From IMG/VR virus record IMGVR_UViG_3300031951_021456, positions 62,001-126,000 of that record: a DNA stretch of 64,000 nt; one strand, given 5' to 3'. The notes beneath the pieces are model-generated. The model ran no database searches. It was not told the origin of the DNA and was given only the letters and a program-made list of their open reading frames with translations. The translations under genes were made by a program, and so were the position numbers. Below, piece by piece: positions 21,025 through 30,610 of the stretch (position 1 is its first letter; each line of letters begins with the position of its first letter).

Positions 21025-22263
21025 ATGGAACTCCGACTGCAACAAAAAAAGGCCATTGAAGTTCTTTCTCAGGCAAATAGAGGAATTATTGCAATGGCTC
21101 CAGGCTCAGGGAAAACTCTCATTCAAATTCATGATTCAAAAAGAATTTTTGAACAATCTGAAGAACCACAGACTGTTGTAGTTGTAGCGCCAAGAATACT
21201 TCTTGCTTCGCAGTTATCTTTTGATTATGGAAAGCACATTAATTGTGCTAAGTATCTCCATGTTCACTCAAAAATTGGAAAGGTAAATCATTATCATACA
21301 ACAGATAAAGAAAATATCAGACAATGGTGTGAAATTCATAAGGAGCACCATAAACTAATTTTTACCACCTATCATTCACTCAAAAAGATTTATAAATCAG
21401 GGATTACGGTAAATACATATATGTTTGATGAATCACATAATTCAACATCTGCTGGGTTTCATGAATATGTGAAAAAGGTAAGTGATAATAATCAAAGATG
21501 CTTCCATTTTAGTGGTACACCTAGATTTAGCAGGGCACCTAAAAATCCGAAAAAGACAAAAAAACCTGGAATGAATGATCCAGTTTATGGTGAAATTATA
21601 GTAAAAGCCACAGCAGCAGAAATGATTAAGCATGGTTATATCTTAAAGCCAAGGGTCATTTCTCATTATCTTGAATGGGTTGAAGAGAGAACTGCACAAC
21701 ATGATGCAACAGATATCTTAAATATCATTAAGACATACAATCTTTCTAAACTTCTTATAAACGTAAGAAAAACATCAAATATGATGGAAATGCTTTCAGA
21801 GACAAATTTTCAAGAGTCTTTGAGAGAACTTGGCTATGATTTATTACATATTACTTCAAATTATGGTCCAGTGTATAATGGTAAAAAAATTAAAAGGGAC
21901 AGATTTTTCCAACTCTTAGATAAGCTTGGTGAATCTATGGATAAAAAATATGTCATTTTAAATTATTCAATTTTAGGTGAAGGAATAAACATTAAATCAT
22001 TAGATGCTGTACTCTTACTAAGGCAACTAAATCTAATAAAACTTATTCAAACTATAGGGCGAGCAATCAGACTCTCTTCTGAGGATCAAAGGGCTATTGA
22101 TAATGGAAGCTTAAAGGCATGTGATTATATGAATTATCTTAAACCTGAAGGTTTAGTAATTATACCTGTTTATGATAAAAGACTTTTAGAGCAATCTAAA
22201 AGTATTACAACCACTGTTGAAGATGTCTATGAAAAGGGAGAACTCCCAATTATGCAAGTTTAA
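21025..22263 (+). CDS. SF2 DEAD/DEAH-box helicase
   Basis: MAPGSGKT (I), FDESH (II), SGTP (III), LGEGINI (V), QTIGRAIR (VI). Confidence 0.9.
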   Translation: MELRLQQKKAIEVLSQANRGIIAMAPGSGKTLIQIHDSKRIFEQSEEPQTVVVVAPRILLASQLSFDYGKHINCAKYLHVHSKIGKVNHYHTTDKENIRQWCEIHKEHHKLIFTTYHSLKKIYKSGITVNTYMFDESHNSTSAGFHEYVKKVSDNNQRCFHFSGTPRFSRAPKNPKKTKKPGMNDPVYGEIIVKATAAEMIKHGYILKPRVISHYLEWVEERTAQHDATDILNIIKTYNLSKLLINVRKTSNMMEMLSETNFQESLRELGYDLLHITSNYGPVYNGKKIKRDRFFQLLDKLGESMDKKYVILNYSILGEGINIKSLDAVLLLRQLNLIKLIQTIGRAIRLSSEDQRAIDNGSLKACDYMNYLKPEGLVIIPVYDKRLLEQSKSITTTVEDVYEKGELPIMQV

Positions 22264-22267
22264 ACTC

Positions 22268-22627
22268 ATGAAAATCTCTTCAACACATCAACAATTTGCA
22301 AATGATTTAAAAGACCAAACTGCTCTAGAATACCCTGAACGTTTTCTAGGACCCAATTGGAAGAATGTCCTGAACTTCTGGATTTACTTGGATACTTTGA
22401 ATGATGAAGAGAGTGAGTTAATTAATAAGCGTTATTGGGCTTCAGAAGATTTAATGAATTTAACAAATCTTTCTTTTAAAACTGCTGAAGCTATTATAGG
22501 GCATGAAAATGCATCTGTAGCTTGGAGTGTCACTCCTTCATTTTCATCTGCTTGTGCAACCTGTGAACTCATTGGCTCACATAATCTAGAGTCTTTTAAG
22601 TTTCTTCCATTGTTTCTAAATATGTGA
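22268..22627 (+). CDS. MKIS-family paralog 5
   Basis: ATG 22268; conserved blocks; stop codon lies inside the dyad at 22624. Confidence 0.85.
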   Translation: MKISSTHQQFANDLKDQTALEYPERFLGPNWKNVLNFWIYLDTLNDEESELINKRYWASEDLMNLTNLSFKTAEAIIGHENASVAWSVTPSFSSACATCELIGSHNLESFKFLPLFLNM

Positions 22628-22700
22628 CACTTTAAAAACTGCCCACCTGCACACAACAACATGATAGATTTTGCTATGATTACTGTGAATTTAAGAACCG

Positions 22701-23213
22701 ATGAACATTTTTGCAACCTCTTTTTGTCCAGAACAGTCTGCAATTGTTCTCCCAGATTTACATATTAAAAAGATGCCAATTGAATGCTGTCAAATGCTTG
22801 CTTATGTTGCATCTCCTTGGATTCACAATTACGGAACTATTCCTAAAAAAGATGGAACACCATACATGACAAAAAGAAACAGCCCTCGCCTTAAACATCC
22901 ATGTACGCTATGGGTAGCAGAATCTATTCATAATGCTCATTGGCTAATTTATCATGGGTTTATGTTGTGCGAGGAATATTTTAGACGTTATGAAAAACAA
23001 ATTGCATGTTATGGATCTCTTTTAAATGCTCTAGAAATATTTCCTGATGGTGACTTTAATAAGATTACACCATTTATTAGAGCTATGCCTGATCATTTGA
23101 AGTTTGATAAGACAATTGACACATTTACAGCCTATAAAAAATATCTTGCATCAAAATCATGGGCAGCAAACAATTATAAAAAACTTCCATCCCGCAAACC
23201 AAATTGGATTTAA
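22701..23213 (+). CDS. Pyrimidine-dimer DNA glycosylase/DenV-related protein
   Basis: MNIF....P..SA..L.D.HIKKMPIECCQML and HPCTLW. Confidence 0.75.
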   Translation: MNIFATSFCPEQSAIVLPDLHIKKMPIECCQMLAYVASPWIHNYGTIPKKDGTPYMTKRNSPRLKHPCTLWVAESIHNAHWLIYHGFMLCEEYFRRYEKQIACYGSLLNALEIFPDGDFNKITPFIRAMPDHLKFDKTIDTFTAYKKYLASKSWAANNYKKLPSRKPNWI

Positions 23214-23219
23214 TTATAA

Positions 23220-23594
23220 ATGAAAATCTCAACTTCTCTTAAATATTTTCAAGACAACTATCACTATGATATTCCTAAACTTGGTTCCAATTATAAGAAT
23301 ATTTTAAACTTTTGGATTTTTATTGATACATTAAATATCAACCAATGGAATAAAATTGAAAAAGCTTTTTATCTAATTGAACAAGGTTACAATCTAACAG
23401 AAATTAAACACTTTGCTGCGGATTTAAACGGCTATGCATATGAAATTCAACTTTCCACATGGGGATGTCCATATAAAAAATATAATTTATCACTAAGATC
23501 TCCAATATTTGCAGCTTATGAACTAATTGCAATGGATAAAATTCTTGATGAAGGAAAAACTCTACAGATTTTACCACTATTTTTAGATTTATGA
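23220..23594 (+). CDS. MKIS-family paralog 6 (divergent)
   Basis: MKISTS..LGSNYKNILNFWIFIDTL...YELIA...ILPLFLDL. Confidence 0.7.
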   Translation: MKISTSLKYFQDNYHYDIPKLGSNYKNILNFWIFIDTLNINQWNKIEKAFYLIEQGYNLTEIKHFAADLNGYAYEIQLSTWGCPYKKYNLSLRSPIFAAYELIAMDKILDEGKTLQILPLFLDL

Positions 23595-24178
23595 ACCCCA
23601 TAAGAAAAACCAACTATCTTTCTATTGATTTAGAACTTAATACTGATGGAACACAAACATATGAAATTTGCGAAATTGGAGTAGCTCTAGGAAATATTGA
23701 TGAAATATTTTTAACAGATTCAAGGGTTATTAAAATTAAGCAGCCTCTATTTGAAAAAACTACAGAAATTACCAAAATTACACAAGAAGAGATTGATTCT
23801 GGGATCTCATTAAATGAAGCTGCTCAATGGCTTTCTGAAATAATTGATACTCATAAGCCTTTTGTAAATCCAGTACAATGGGGTGTTAGTGATTCTTTTG
23901 AATTGTTAGCTGAATTTAAACAGAACAATATTAATTTTCCATATTTTGGAAGACGAATTATTGATGTAAAACACATCTTTCTTTTTATTGAAGCTGCATA
24001 TGGTAGAAGTCTTTCTGGTGGATTAAGAAGTGCAATGGGTAAACATAAGCTCAAATTTTTCGGTACTCCACATAGAGCAGAGTGTGATGCTCACAATACT
24101 TTAAGATTATTTTTTCACCTTTTGAAACGACAAAGAAGTCTTGAAGAAATTATAGTTAAATCTAAATCCATTTTTTAA
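23591..24178 (+). CDS. DEDDh 3'-5' exonuclease
   Basis: SIDLELN, SDS, IIDVK and HRAECDA. Confidence 0.85.
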   Translation: MNPIRKTNYLSIDLELNTDGTQTYEICEIGVALGNIDEIFLTDSRVIKIKQPLFEKTTEITKITQEEIDSGISLNEAAQWLSEIIDTHKPFVNPVQWGVSDSFELLAEFKQNNINFPYFGRRIIDVKHIFLFIEAAYGRSLSGGLRSAMGKHKLKFFGTPHRAECDAHNTLRLFFHLLKRQRSLEEIIVKSKSIF

Positions 24179-24180
24179 TA

Positions 24181-24687
24181 ATGAAAATATATACTGGTAT
24201 TGGAAGCCGTTCAACACCTGAACACATCATAACATTAATTCATGGAATTTCAAAAAAGTTGAATGAACAAGGATTTTTATTGAGATCTGGTGGAGCTAAT
24301 GGGGCAGACTCGGCATTTGAGAAATTCTCAACAAATAGAGAAATCTATTTACCTTGGGATGGATTTAATAGAAGAACACATGATGGATCATCTTATTTTG
24401 AGTTTTTGAAGTGCCCTGCGTGGACCACAGCAACTTCTAGTGTTAATACTTTTCATCCATATCATGAAAAACTTTCATCATCTGCTAGACTTCTAATGGC
24501 TCGCAATTTTATGCAAATTATGGGCGCAGACGGTAAGACTCCCACCAATTTTGTGATATGTTGGACTAAAGAGGGAAAAGATATTGGAGGAACTTCACAG
24601 GCACTGAGAATCGCAAGACATGAAAATATTCCTGTTCTCAATTTGGGGAATCTTAAGATAGAAAGACACTTTACAAACTGGCTGTAA
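24181..24687 (+). CDS. SLOG/DprA-like protein
   Basis: YTGIGSRSTP, LRSGGANGADSAFE and GGTSQALRIA. Confidence 0.8.
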   Translation: MKIYTGIGSRSTPEHIITLIHGISKKLNEQGFLLRSGGANGADSAFEKFSTNREIYLPWDGFNRRTHDGSSYFEFLKCPAWTTATSSVNTFHPYHEKLSSSARLLMARNFMQIMGADGKTPTNFVICWTKEGKDIGGTSQALRIARHENIPVLNLGNLKIERHFTNWL

Positions 24688-24743
24688 AGTGATCTGTTGG
24701 TCTAAAAATTTTGATATGGTAAGCAAGATACACAAGAGAATTT

Positions 24744-26023
24744 ATGGATCTCATTCCAGTTTCTTCGGGCAGATTTGATTCATTTAGGTATCATAATGAA
24801 ACTTTCTATAGATTGAGATTTCAAGATGGTGCTAAATGGTATCGTTATCAATCATCGTTGGAAAGTTTTAAAGAGTTATTATGTGAATATATTTTAATCT
24901 CAAAGTTAGAAGAAGAATATTCTCTTTTTATACGCCCAATTAAAAAACTCACCGAAAACAAGTCTGAACTTAATACAGAAGAAGTTTTCAATTTTGTGGT
25001 TGATGCAATTAAAAATAGAACCAATTATACAAGCTTCAATCAGCAGCCAAATAGTACCAATAAATTAATTGTAGAAAGTAACTCTAAATGCTCATCTCTC
25101 TATATCTGCAGTAAACGAGATGCATATCTGAATAGAAATACTGTGGCAGCATTTTATGATGACCATTGTATAGTGTTTCCATTAGAGAATGTCATCAGGG
25201 TAAATTTAAAGAAATTATATGGATTGTTGTTCTTATTTTTACACCGAGAATATTCAATTCAACTCTATCATTATAGAGAAAATAAAAATGGTTATACCCA
25301 ACAAATTTGGAGACATAAAATTAACCCATCTGCGAATAAAAATGAGAAGATGTTTAGAAATTTTGATGAACCAATTACAATACTTTTTCGTAAAATCATT
25401 AATGATAATGATGACAATTTTACAAATTCCAATCATAAAACTGTCCACTAGAACCACCAAACCTTCCAATTTGATTCTAAAATATCAATGCCTTACAAAT
25501 GAAAACATGCATGTCAGTTCCTAAATTTAAGATTGGAGATATTATTATCTCTAAACTAGGTACAAAACCTGGTAAAATTACCTACACAACCTGGAGCGAT
25601 TATTATGAAGTAACATATCTTCATAATAATCGCTCTGGGGCAATCTCAAAAACCAATGCAATTCTTTATCACGGAGACTCAACAATGACTCAAGATTCGC
25701 TATTTTCTTTCATCAAAGATGATGGATCCATCGGATATGCAACATACCTTGCAACCAATAGTGCAGGAGAATGGGTGGTTGAAGAGAAAGGTAGCTCAGT
25801 TATTCATACCAAACCTAAAGATAGCTTCACTGAAGTTGTTCCATTTACATTTTCTGCAAAATCTGGAAGTCAGACTGTTTCTTTTACCTGCGATGAATAT
25901 AAAGTCTTAGTTGGTGAGCTTCTTCTCCTTGATGGTTCAATTTATCAAGTTACAGGATTAAATACAAAGGCTAAAAATGCACCAAAATTCACTGGAGTAC
26001 GCCTAGTAACCAAACCCTTTTGA
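24744..26023 (+). other. Two hypothetical CDS (24744-25451; about 25511-26023)
   Basis: ORF track. Confidence 0.6.
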
Positions 26024-26032
26024 TAATATTTG

Positions 26033-26055
26033 GGGCTCAATTTAATGAGCCCTTT
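26033..26055 (+). terminator. Hairpin terminator
   Basis: gggctca-atttaa-tgagccc-ttt. Confidence 0.5.
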
Positions 26056-26085
26056 CCATTAATTAAAACCATCTAATAAATCACC

Positions 26086-27630
26086 ATGTCACTTAAAATT
26101 TCCGAAAAAGCTAATCTTAATTATCTTGCAAAAGTTGTAAAACTAACAAATCTTAGAAAGCATCCAAATGCAGATAAATTACAGATAACCACTATTGATG
26201 GAAATAATATCATTACTGGCTTAGATGCTAAGGATGGTGATCTTTATGTGTATTTTTCTCTTGAAAGTTCAATCAATTTGAATTATATTTCATTTTCAAA
26301 TGGATTTAGGGAAAGCTCTTTAAATACTAATAAAGAAGTTGTTGGATTTTTTGAACCAAGAGGTAGAGTGCGGGCGATCTCTCTTCGGGGTGAAAAATCA
26401 TGTGGATATATTTGTCCAGTAAAAAATATCAATGAATGGCTTAATACCTTTACGTCTTTCAATATTACTGAAGAACATCAAGATGTAGAATTTGATATGA
26501 TTTGTGATACGGTAATGTGCGAAAAATATATAAATCGTGAAGCACTTCTTAAAATCTTAAAGGCCAATAAAACTCCAAAGGGTATTAAAAAATTAGCAAA
26601 AGAAACAAAGCTAATTGAAGGTCAATTCGCATTTCATGTTGATACTGCACATCTTCAAAAATATATCTATAAAATCAATCCGCATGATATCATTCATATT
26701 TCCAAAAAGCTTCATGGAACTTCTGCTATTGTTGGAAATATTTTGTGTAAGCGTAAATTATCGCTTAAAGATTCCATTGCAAGATTTTTTGGGGTAAATG
26801 TAAATGAAACAGAATATCAATTGATTTGGTCTTCTAGAACAGTTGTAAAGAATGGCAACTATTATTTGTCTTGGCAAGAAACCCTCTGGAAAAATTTTCT
26901 ATATTATCTCAGCAGTTACAAAAAACCATTTGAATCTTGGGTATCCTTGATTTTAGCTGAAGGTGACCAGAAAAGAGAAGAATTTTTTGGTGATTTGCAA
27001 TATCATAGATCAACTCCTTTGCAACTCTATAAAGATTTGCAAGAGTGGAGTAAAATTATCAAAAATCCACAAACATCTAATCATTATTATTCATATGATA
27101 TTTGGAGGGATGTTGCTATCCAGCTTGAAGATTTTCTTTATAAAGGAATGACATTTTATTGTGAAGTTGTTGGTTATACAAAGGAAGGAGCATATCTTCA
27201 AAAGGGTTATGACTATGGTTGCGATCTAGGAAACTTTGCAATTTACATCTATCGCATCACATATACAAATCCTTCAGGGAAGATATTTGAATTTTCAACT
27301 CAGCAAGTGAAGGCATATTGCAATAAACTTGGCCTAAACATGGTCCCAGAACTTTATTATGGGAGAGCAAAAGACCTATTTGACATTCCTGTAGATGATA
27401 ATTGGCATGATAATTTTATTGAATTAGTTAGCCAGAATTATCTTGAAAAGGATTGTGACATGTGTGTAAATAAAGTTCCAGATGAAGGTATTGTACTCCG
27501 TAAGGAAGATATTGACATTGAACCATACAAATATATAAGTTTTGCATTTAAACTGCGAGAAACAAAAAATGCAGATAATGGCGAAATTGATCTAGAAACA
27601 ATTGAATCTGAACAGTTAGGTGATGCATAA
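26086..27630 (+). CDS. RNA ligase, DRB0094/Rnl5-like with N-terminal tRNA-binding OB domain
   Basis: KHPNADKLQ (OB), RVRAISLRGEKSCG, SKKLHGTS (motif I), YCEVVG, VPELYYG and DEGIVLR. Confidence 0.8.
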   Translation: MSLKISEKANLNYLAKVVKLTNLRKHPNADKLQITTIDGNNIITGLDAKDGDLYVYFSLESSINLNYISFSNGFRESSLNTNKEVVGFFEPRGRVRAISLRGEKSCGYICPVKNINEWLNTFTSFNITEEHQDVEFDMICDTVMCEKYINREALLKILKANKTPKGIKKLAKETKLIEGQFAFHVDTAHLQKYIYKINPHDIIHISKKLHGTSAIVGNILCKRKLSLKDSIARFFGVNVNETEYQLIWSSRTVVKNGNYYLSWQETLWKNFLYYLSSYKKPFESWVSLILAEGDQKREEFFGDLQYHRSTPLQLYKDLQEWSKIIKNPQTSNHYYSYDIWRDVAIQLEDFLYKGMTFYCEVVGYTKEGAYLQKGYDYGCDLGNFAIYIYRITYTNPSGKIFEFSTQQVKAYCNKLGLNMVPELYYGRAKDLFDIPVDDNWHDNFIELVSQNYLEKDCDMCVNKVPDEGIVLRKEDIDIEPYKYISFAFKLRETKNADNGEIDLETIESEQLGDA

Positions 27631-27673
27631 TAATTATCCTTTACTTTAACATTATTGTATTGTTTCTAAACCA

Positions 27674-28042
27674 GTGAAAATCTCCACCACCCATCAAAAA
27701 TTTGCAGATCAGTTAGGCGACCAAACTGCTCTAGAATACCCTGAACGTTTTCTAGGACCTAATTGGAAGGATGTTTTGAACTTCTGGATTTATTTGGACA
27801 CTTTAAGCGCCGAAAAGCGTAAGATAGTTAGTAAGCGCTATAGTGCTTTAGCTGATACTTCAGTAATAAGTTTAACTCATGGTTCTCACTGGGTTCTTAC
27901 ATGGAATGCTGCTCAAGATATTATAGGTAATGAATGTGTATGGTCAGCTTTCCGGGTGATTGGGAGCAGTGTGAACATTGAACTCATCGCTTCACATAAA
28001 CTTGAGTCTCTTAAGTTTCTTCCCCTGTTTTTGAATTTATGA
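27674..28042 (+). CDS. MKIS-family paralog 7
   Basis: GTG start; conserved blocks. Confidence 0.85.
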   Translation: MKISTTHQKFADQLGDQTALEYPERFLGPNWKDVLNFWIYLDTLSAEKRKIVSKRYSALADTSVISLTHGSHWVLTWNAAQDIIGNECVWSAFRVIGSSVNIELIASHKLESLKFLPLFLNL

Positions 28043-28392
28043 AAATCTCTAGAACACATAAAAGATTTGCCGATCATTTAGATGACCAAACTGCTTTAGA
28101 ATACCCTGAACGATTTCTAGGACCCAATTGGAAAGATGTACTGAACTTTTGGATTTATTACGATACTTTGAGTGATGATGTTCTTAGGTTAATTATTAGG
28201 CGCCATCAGGCTATAGAGGATTTAAATTATGTAAAGAATCTTTCTTGGAATGCTGCTGAAAATACTATAGGTGAGTATTATACGCGGGTAGCTTATGATG
28301 TTACACATTCTCTTAGTTATTTAACCTGCGAACTCATTGGTTCACATAAGCTTGAGACTCTCAATTTTCTTCCTTTGTTTTTGAATTTATGA
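28039..28392 (+). CDS. MKIS-family paralog 8
   Basis: ATGA overlap; conserved blocks. Confidence 0.85.
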   Translation: MKISRTHKRFADHLDDQTALEYPERFLGPNWKDVLNFWIYYDTLSDDVLRLIIRRHQAIEDLNYVKNLSWNAAENTIGEYYTRVAYDVTHSLSYLTCELIGSHKLETLNFLPLFLNL

Positions 28393-28847
28393 AACATCTT
28401 CCATCTCTGCTTATTTTATGTGGACTTCCTGGTTCAGGTAAGAGCACTTATTGTAAACAATATTCAAATTCAAATTTTGTAAGACTTTCATCAGATGATT
28501 ATATTGAAAAAGTGGCAAGAGACCAAGGAAAAACATACAATGAAGTTTTTTCATATGCAATTAGAGATGCTGATAGATATTTTAAACAAAAATTAGACTA
28601 TTATGCAGACACTGAATATAACATAATTATTGATAGAACAAATCTTACTGTAAAAACTAGAAGAAAGATTATCAACAAATTTAAAAATCATCAAAAGATG
28701 ATTGTATTTTTTAATGTGCCATTAAATACCATAAAAGAAAGAAACATCAGGCCTGGAAAAATATTTTCTGAAGAAATGTTAGATGATATGTATAGTAGAT
28801 TGGAAATACCAACAGAACTTGAAGCTCAAGTTGTGACAGTTAGCTAA
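28389..28847 (+). CDS. Polynucleotide kinase-like P-loop kinase (AAA_33)
   Basis: CGLPGSGKST, LSSDD, IIDRTNL and ERN.R. Confidence 0.85.
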   Translation: MKHLPSLLILCGLPGSGKSTYCKQYSNSNFVRLSSDDYIEKVARDQGKTYNEVFSYAIRDADRYFKQKLDYYADTEYNIIIDRTNLTVKTRRKIINKFKNHQKMIVFFNVPLNTIKERNIRPGKIFSEEMLDDMYSRLEIPTELEAQVVTVS

Positions 28848-28913
28848 CTGTCCAAAGGTGACAGACTACAAAGGTACTCAATGTTATGATATGTATTATT
28901 GATTCGGAAACTA

Positions 28914-29603
28914 ATGAATTGCGTTCTTGTTGGGGACATTCATTCTCAATTTTCAAAACTTCAAAATGCTCTTAATTACATTGAAAATACTATTGAGGAT
29001 TATTATATCATATTTTTAGGAGATGCATTTGATTCAAGATGTGAAGAATCAAATTCTGTTGGAGTCTACAAAACAATTAAAAATTTACAAGATAAAAACA
29101 AAGCAACTCTCATTCATTCAAATCATCAATGGAAACTTCAACGATATCTTTATGGAAATCCTGTAAGAATTGATCAATCTCTACAGAGAACTCTTGATGA
29201 TTTTCAGAGTTCAGATGTTACATCTATTGAACTTTTAACTTGGCTTGAGTCTTTACCATTTGCTTGTGCATTTAAAGATATTAATGAACAAGAATATCGC
29301 TGCGCCCATGCATATCATAGTTCTAAGCTTCTTATTCCTAGAACTTATGATGGCATACATTGTACTTATAAAGTAAGTGCAAAAATGCGAGATAAATTGA
29401 TTTATGGTGCATTATATGAGGGAACCCGGCTGTCATGGTGGGAACATGAATCAACAAATGAATGGATTCGGGTTTCTGGACATTATCATACTGTTGAAAT
29501 CTCATATACAAAAAAAGCATTGGTATTGGATTCATGTTGCGGGGATGAAAATGGTCTTCTCTCTGTTTTTAATGTAAACACATGGGAGATTTTTCAATTT
29601 TGA
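28914..29603 (+). CDS. Calcineurin-like metallophosphoesterase
   Basis: VGDIHS, FLGDAFD, SNHQ, CAHAY and SGHYH. Confidence 0.85.
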   Translation: MNCVLVGDIHSQFSKLQNALNYIENTIEDYYIIFLGDAFDSRCEESNSVGVYKTIKNLQDKNKATLIHSNHQWKLQRYLYGNPVRIDQSLQRTLDDFQSSDVTSIELLTWLESLPFACAFKDINEQEYRCAHAYHSSKLLIPRTYDGIHCTYKVSAKMRDKLIYGALYEGTRLSWWEHESTNEWIRVSGHYHTVEISYTKKALVLDSCCGDENGLLSVFNVNTWEIFQF

Positions 29604-30124
29604 ATATTAAGGATCATCTTATTGAAAGACATGTTGATCTAAATCTGCATAAGCCACTTCTAGATGATGAAAACATCTCTGCCATATTTTTATGCTATAA
29701 TTTATCTGGACAATTATGTGGCTATCAGAGATATAGGCCATTAGGAGATAAAAAGATTTTTAATAATCCATATCATGGTCGGTATTACACATATAGAAAG
29801 CAACAAACTGTTACAGTTTGGGGAGCAGAATCTTATTTCATTTCAAATGGCCCAATCTTTATAACTGAGGGAATTTTTGATGCAGCAAGAATTACAGAAA
29901 GAAATTGTAGTGCCTTTGCTATGTTATGTAATAGTCCACCAAAAGACTATAAAAATTGGCTCCAAATGTTAGCTAGACCAACTATTGCAATTTGCGATAA
30001 TGATCAGGCTGGCATTGAGCTTTCCAAGTTTACTGATTTTTATGAGATTGCTCCAGATGGTGATTTAGGTTCTTCTCCAAATGACTACGTTTCTTATCTT
30101 TTAACTAAATATGCCAGTCTTTGA
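29582..30124 (+). CDS. TOPRIM (primase-like) protein
   Basis: GYQRY, FITEGIFDA and CDNDQAG. Confidence 0.75.
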   Translation: MGDFSILNIKDHLIERHVDLNLHKPLLDDENISAIFLCYNLSGQLCGYQRYRPLGDKKIFNNPYHGRYYTYRKQQTVTVWGAESYFISNGPIFITEGIFDAARITERNCSAFAMLCNSPPKDYKNWLQMLARPTIAICDNDQAGIELSKFTDFYEIAPDGDLGSSPNDYVSYLLTKYASL

Positions 30125-30280
30125 AGTGTCCATTCTAAGTGAACTTTATTAAAATCTCTGCTAAGTTAATAAAACCTCCTGAGGAATTCTAAATTTATGA
30201 TTCGCGCTCCTCCCAATCAACCAACTGTCCACTCTCTCACCCAAACTCACAGATCTCTGTTATCTTATAGGGGTGAGAGA
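30123..30280 (+). promoter_or_regulatory. Tandem class A half-site promoters of the Ubl operon, with a 10-bp inverted repeat
   Basis: aagtgtcca near 30124 with taagtt downstream; aactgtccac 30223-30232 with tatctt 30261-30266; tctctcaccc 30233-30242 and gggtgagaga 30271-30280. Confidence 0.6.
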
Positions 30281-30324
30281 CAAAAACTCTCCACAAACCC
30301 TCAACTCTACAAAATAACTGCATT

Positions 30325-30594
30325 ATGTCTTCTTTCTCTAACGCTCTTCAGCAACAAGATCCTTCTGCTGTTGTGTATCTGGATGTGAACGGTAACGTGA
30401 TCGCTCTGATGCCCAACGAATACGAGGGGAAAACCCTGACCCAACTTTTCACCGACTTTGGTTCCCGACTCGGCACTAACGTTTCCCGCGTTACAAGCTT
30501 CACTATCAATGGTCAACAAGTGGGCGCCACCGCCGTTGTCCGCCCAGGCGAAACCGTTCGCGGCAACGTTCAAACTGACAGCAAGCAAGCCTGA
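30325..30594 (+). CDS. Ubiquitin-like (beta-grasp) protein
   Basis: Beta-beta-alpha-beta-beta pattern (VVYLDV, VIAL, GKTLTQLFTDFGSRLG, SFTING, VVRPGETVR) with a free tail TDSKQA; first gene of a JAB-E2-E1 operon. Confidence 0.75.
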   Translation: MSSFSNALQQQDPSAVVYLDVNGNVIALMPNEYEGKTLTQLFTDFGSRLGTNVSRVTSFTINGQQVGATAVVRPGETVRGNVQTDSKQA

Positions 30595-30610
30595 TCATCC
30601 TTCAGATTAA

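Noticed and set aside
26854-27075. Intein or intron in the RNA ligase
   Set aside because: No Cys/Ser...His-Asn splice motifs or LAGLIDADG block, and the frame is continuous.
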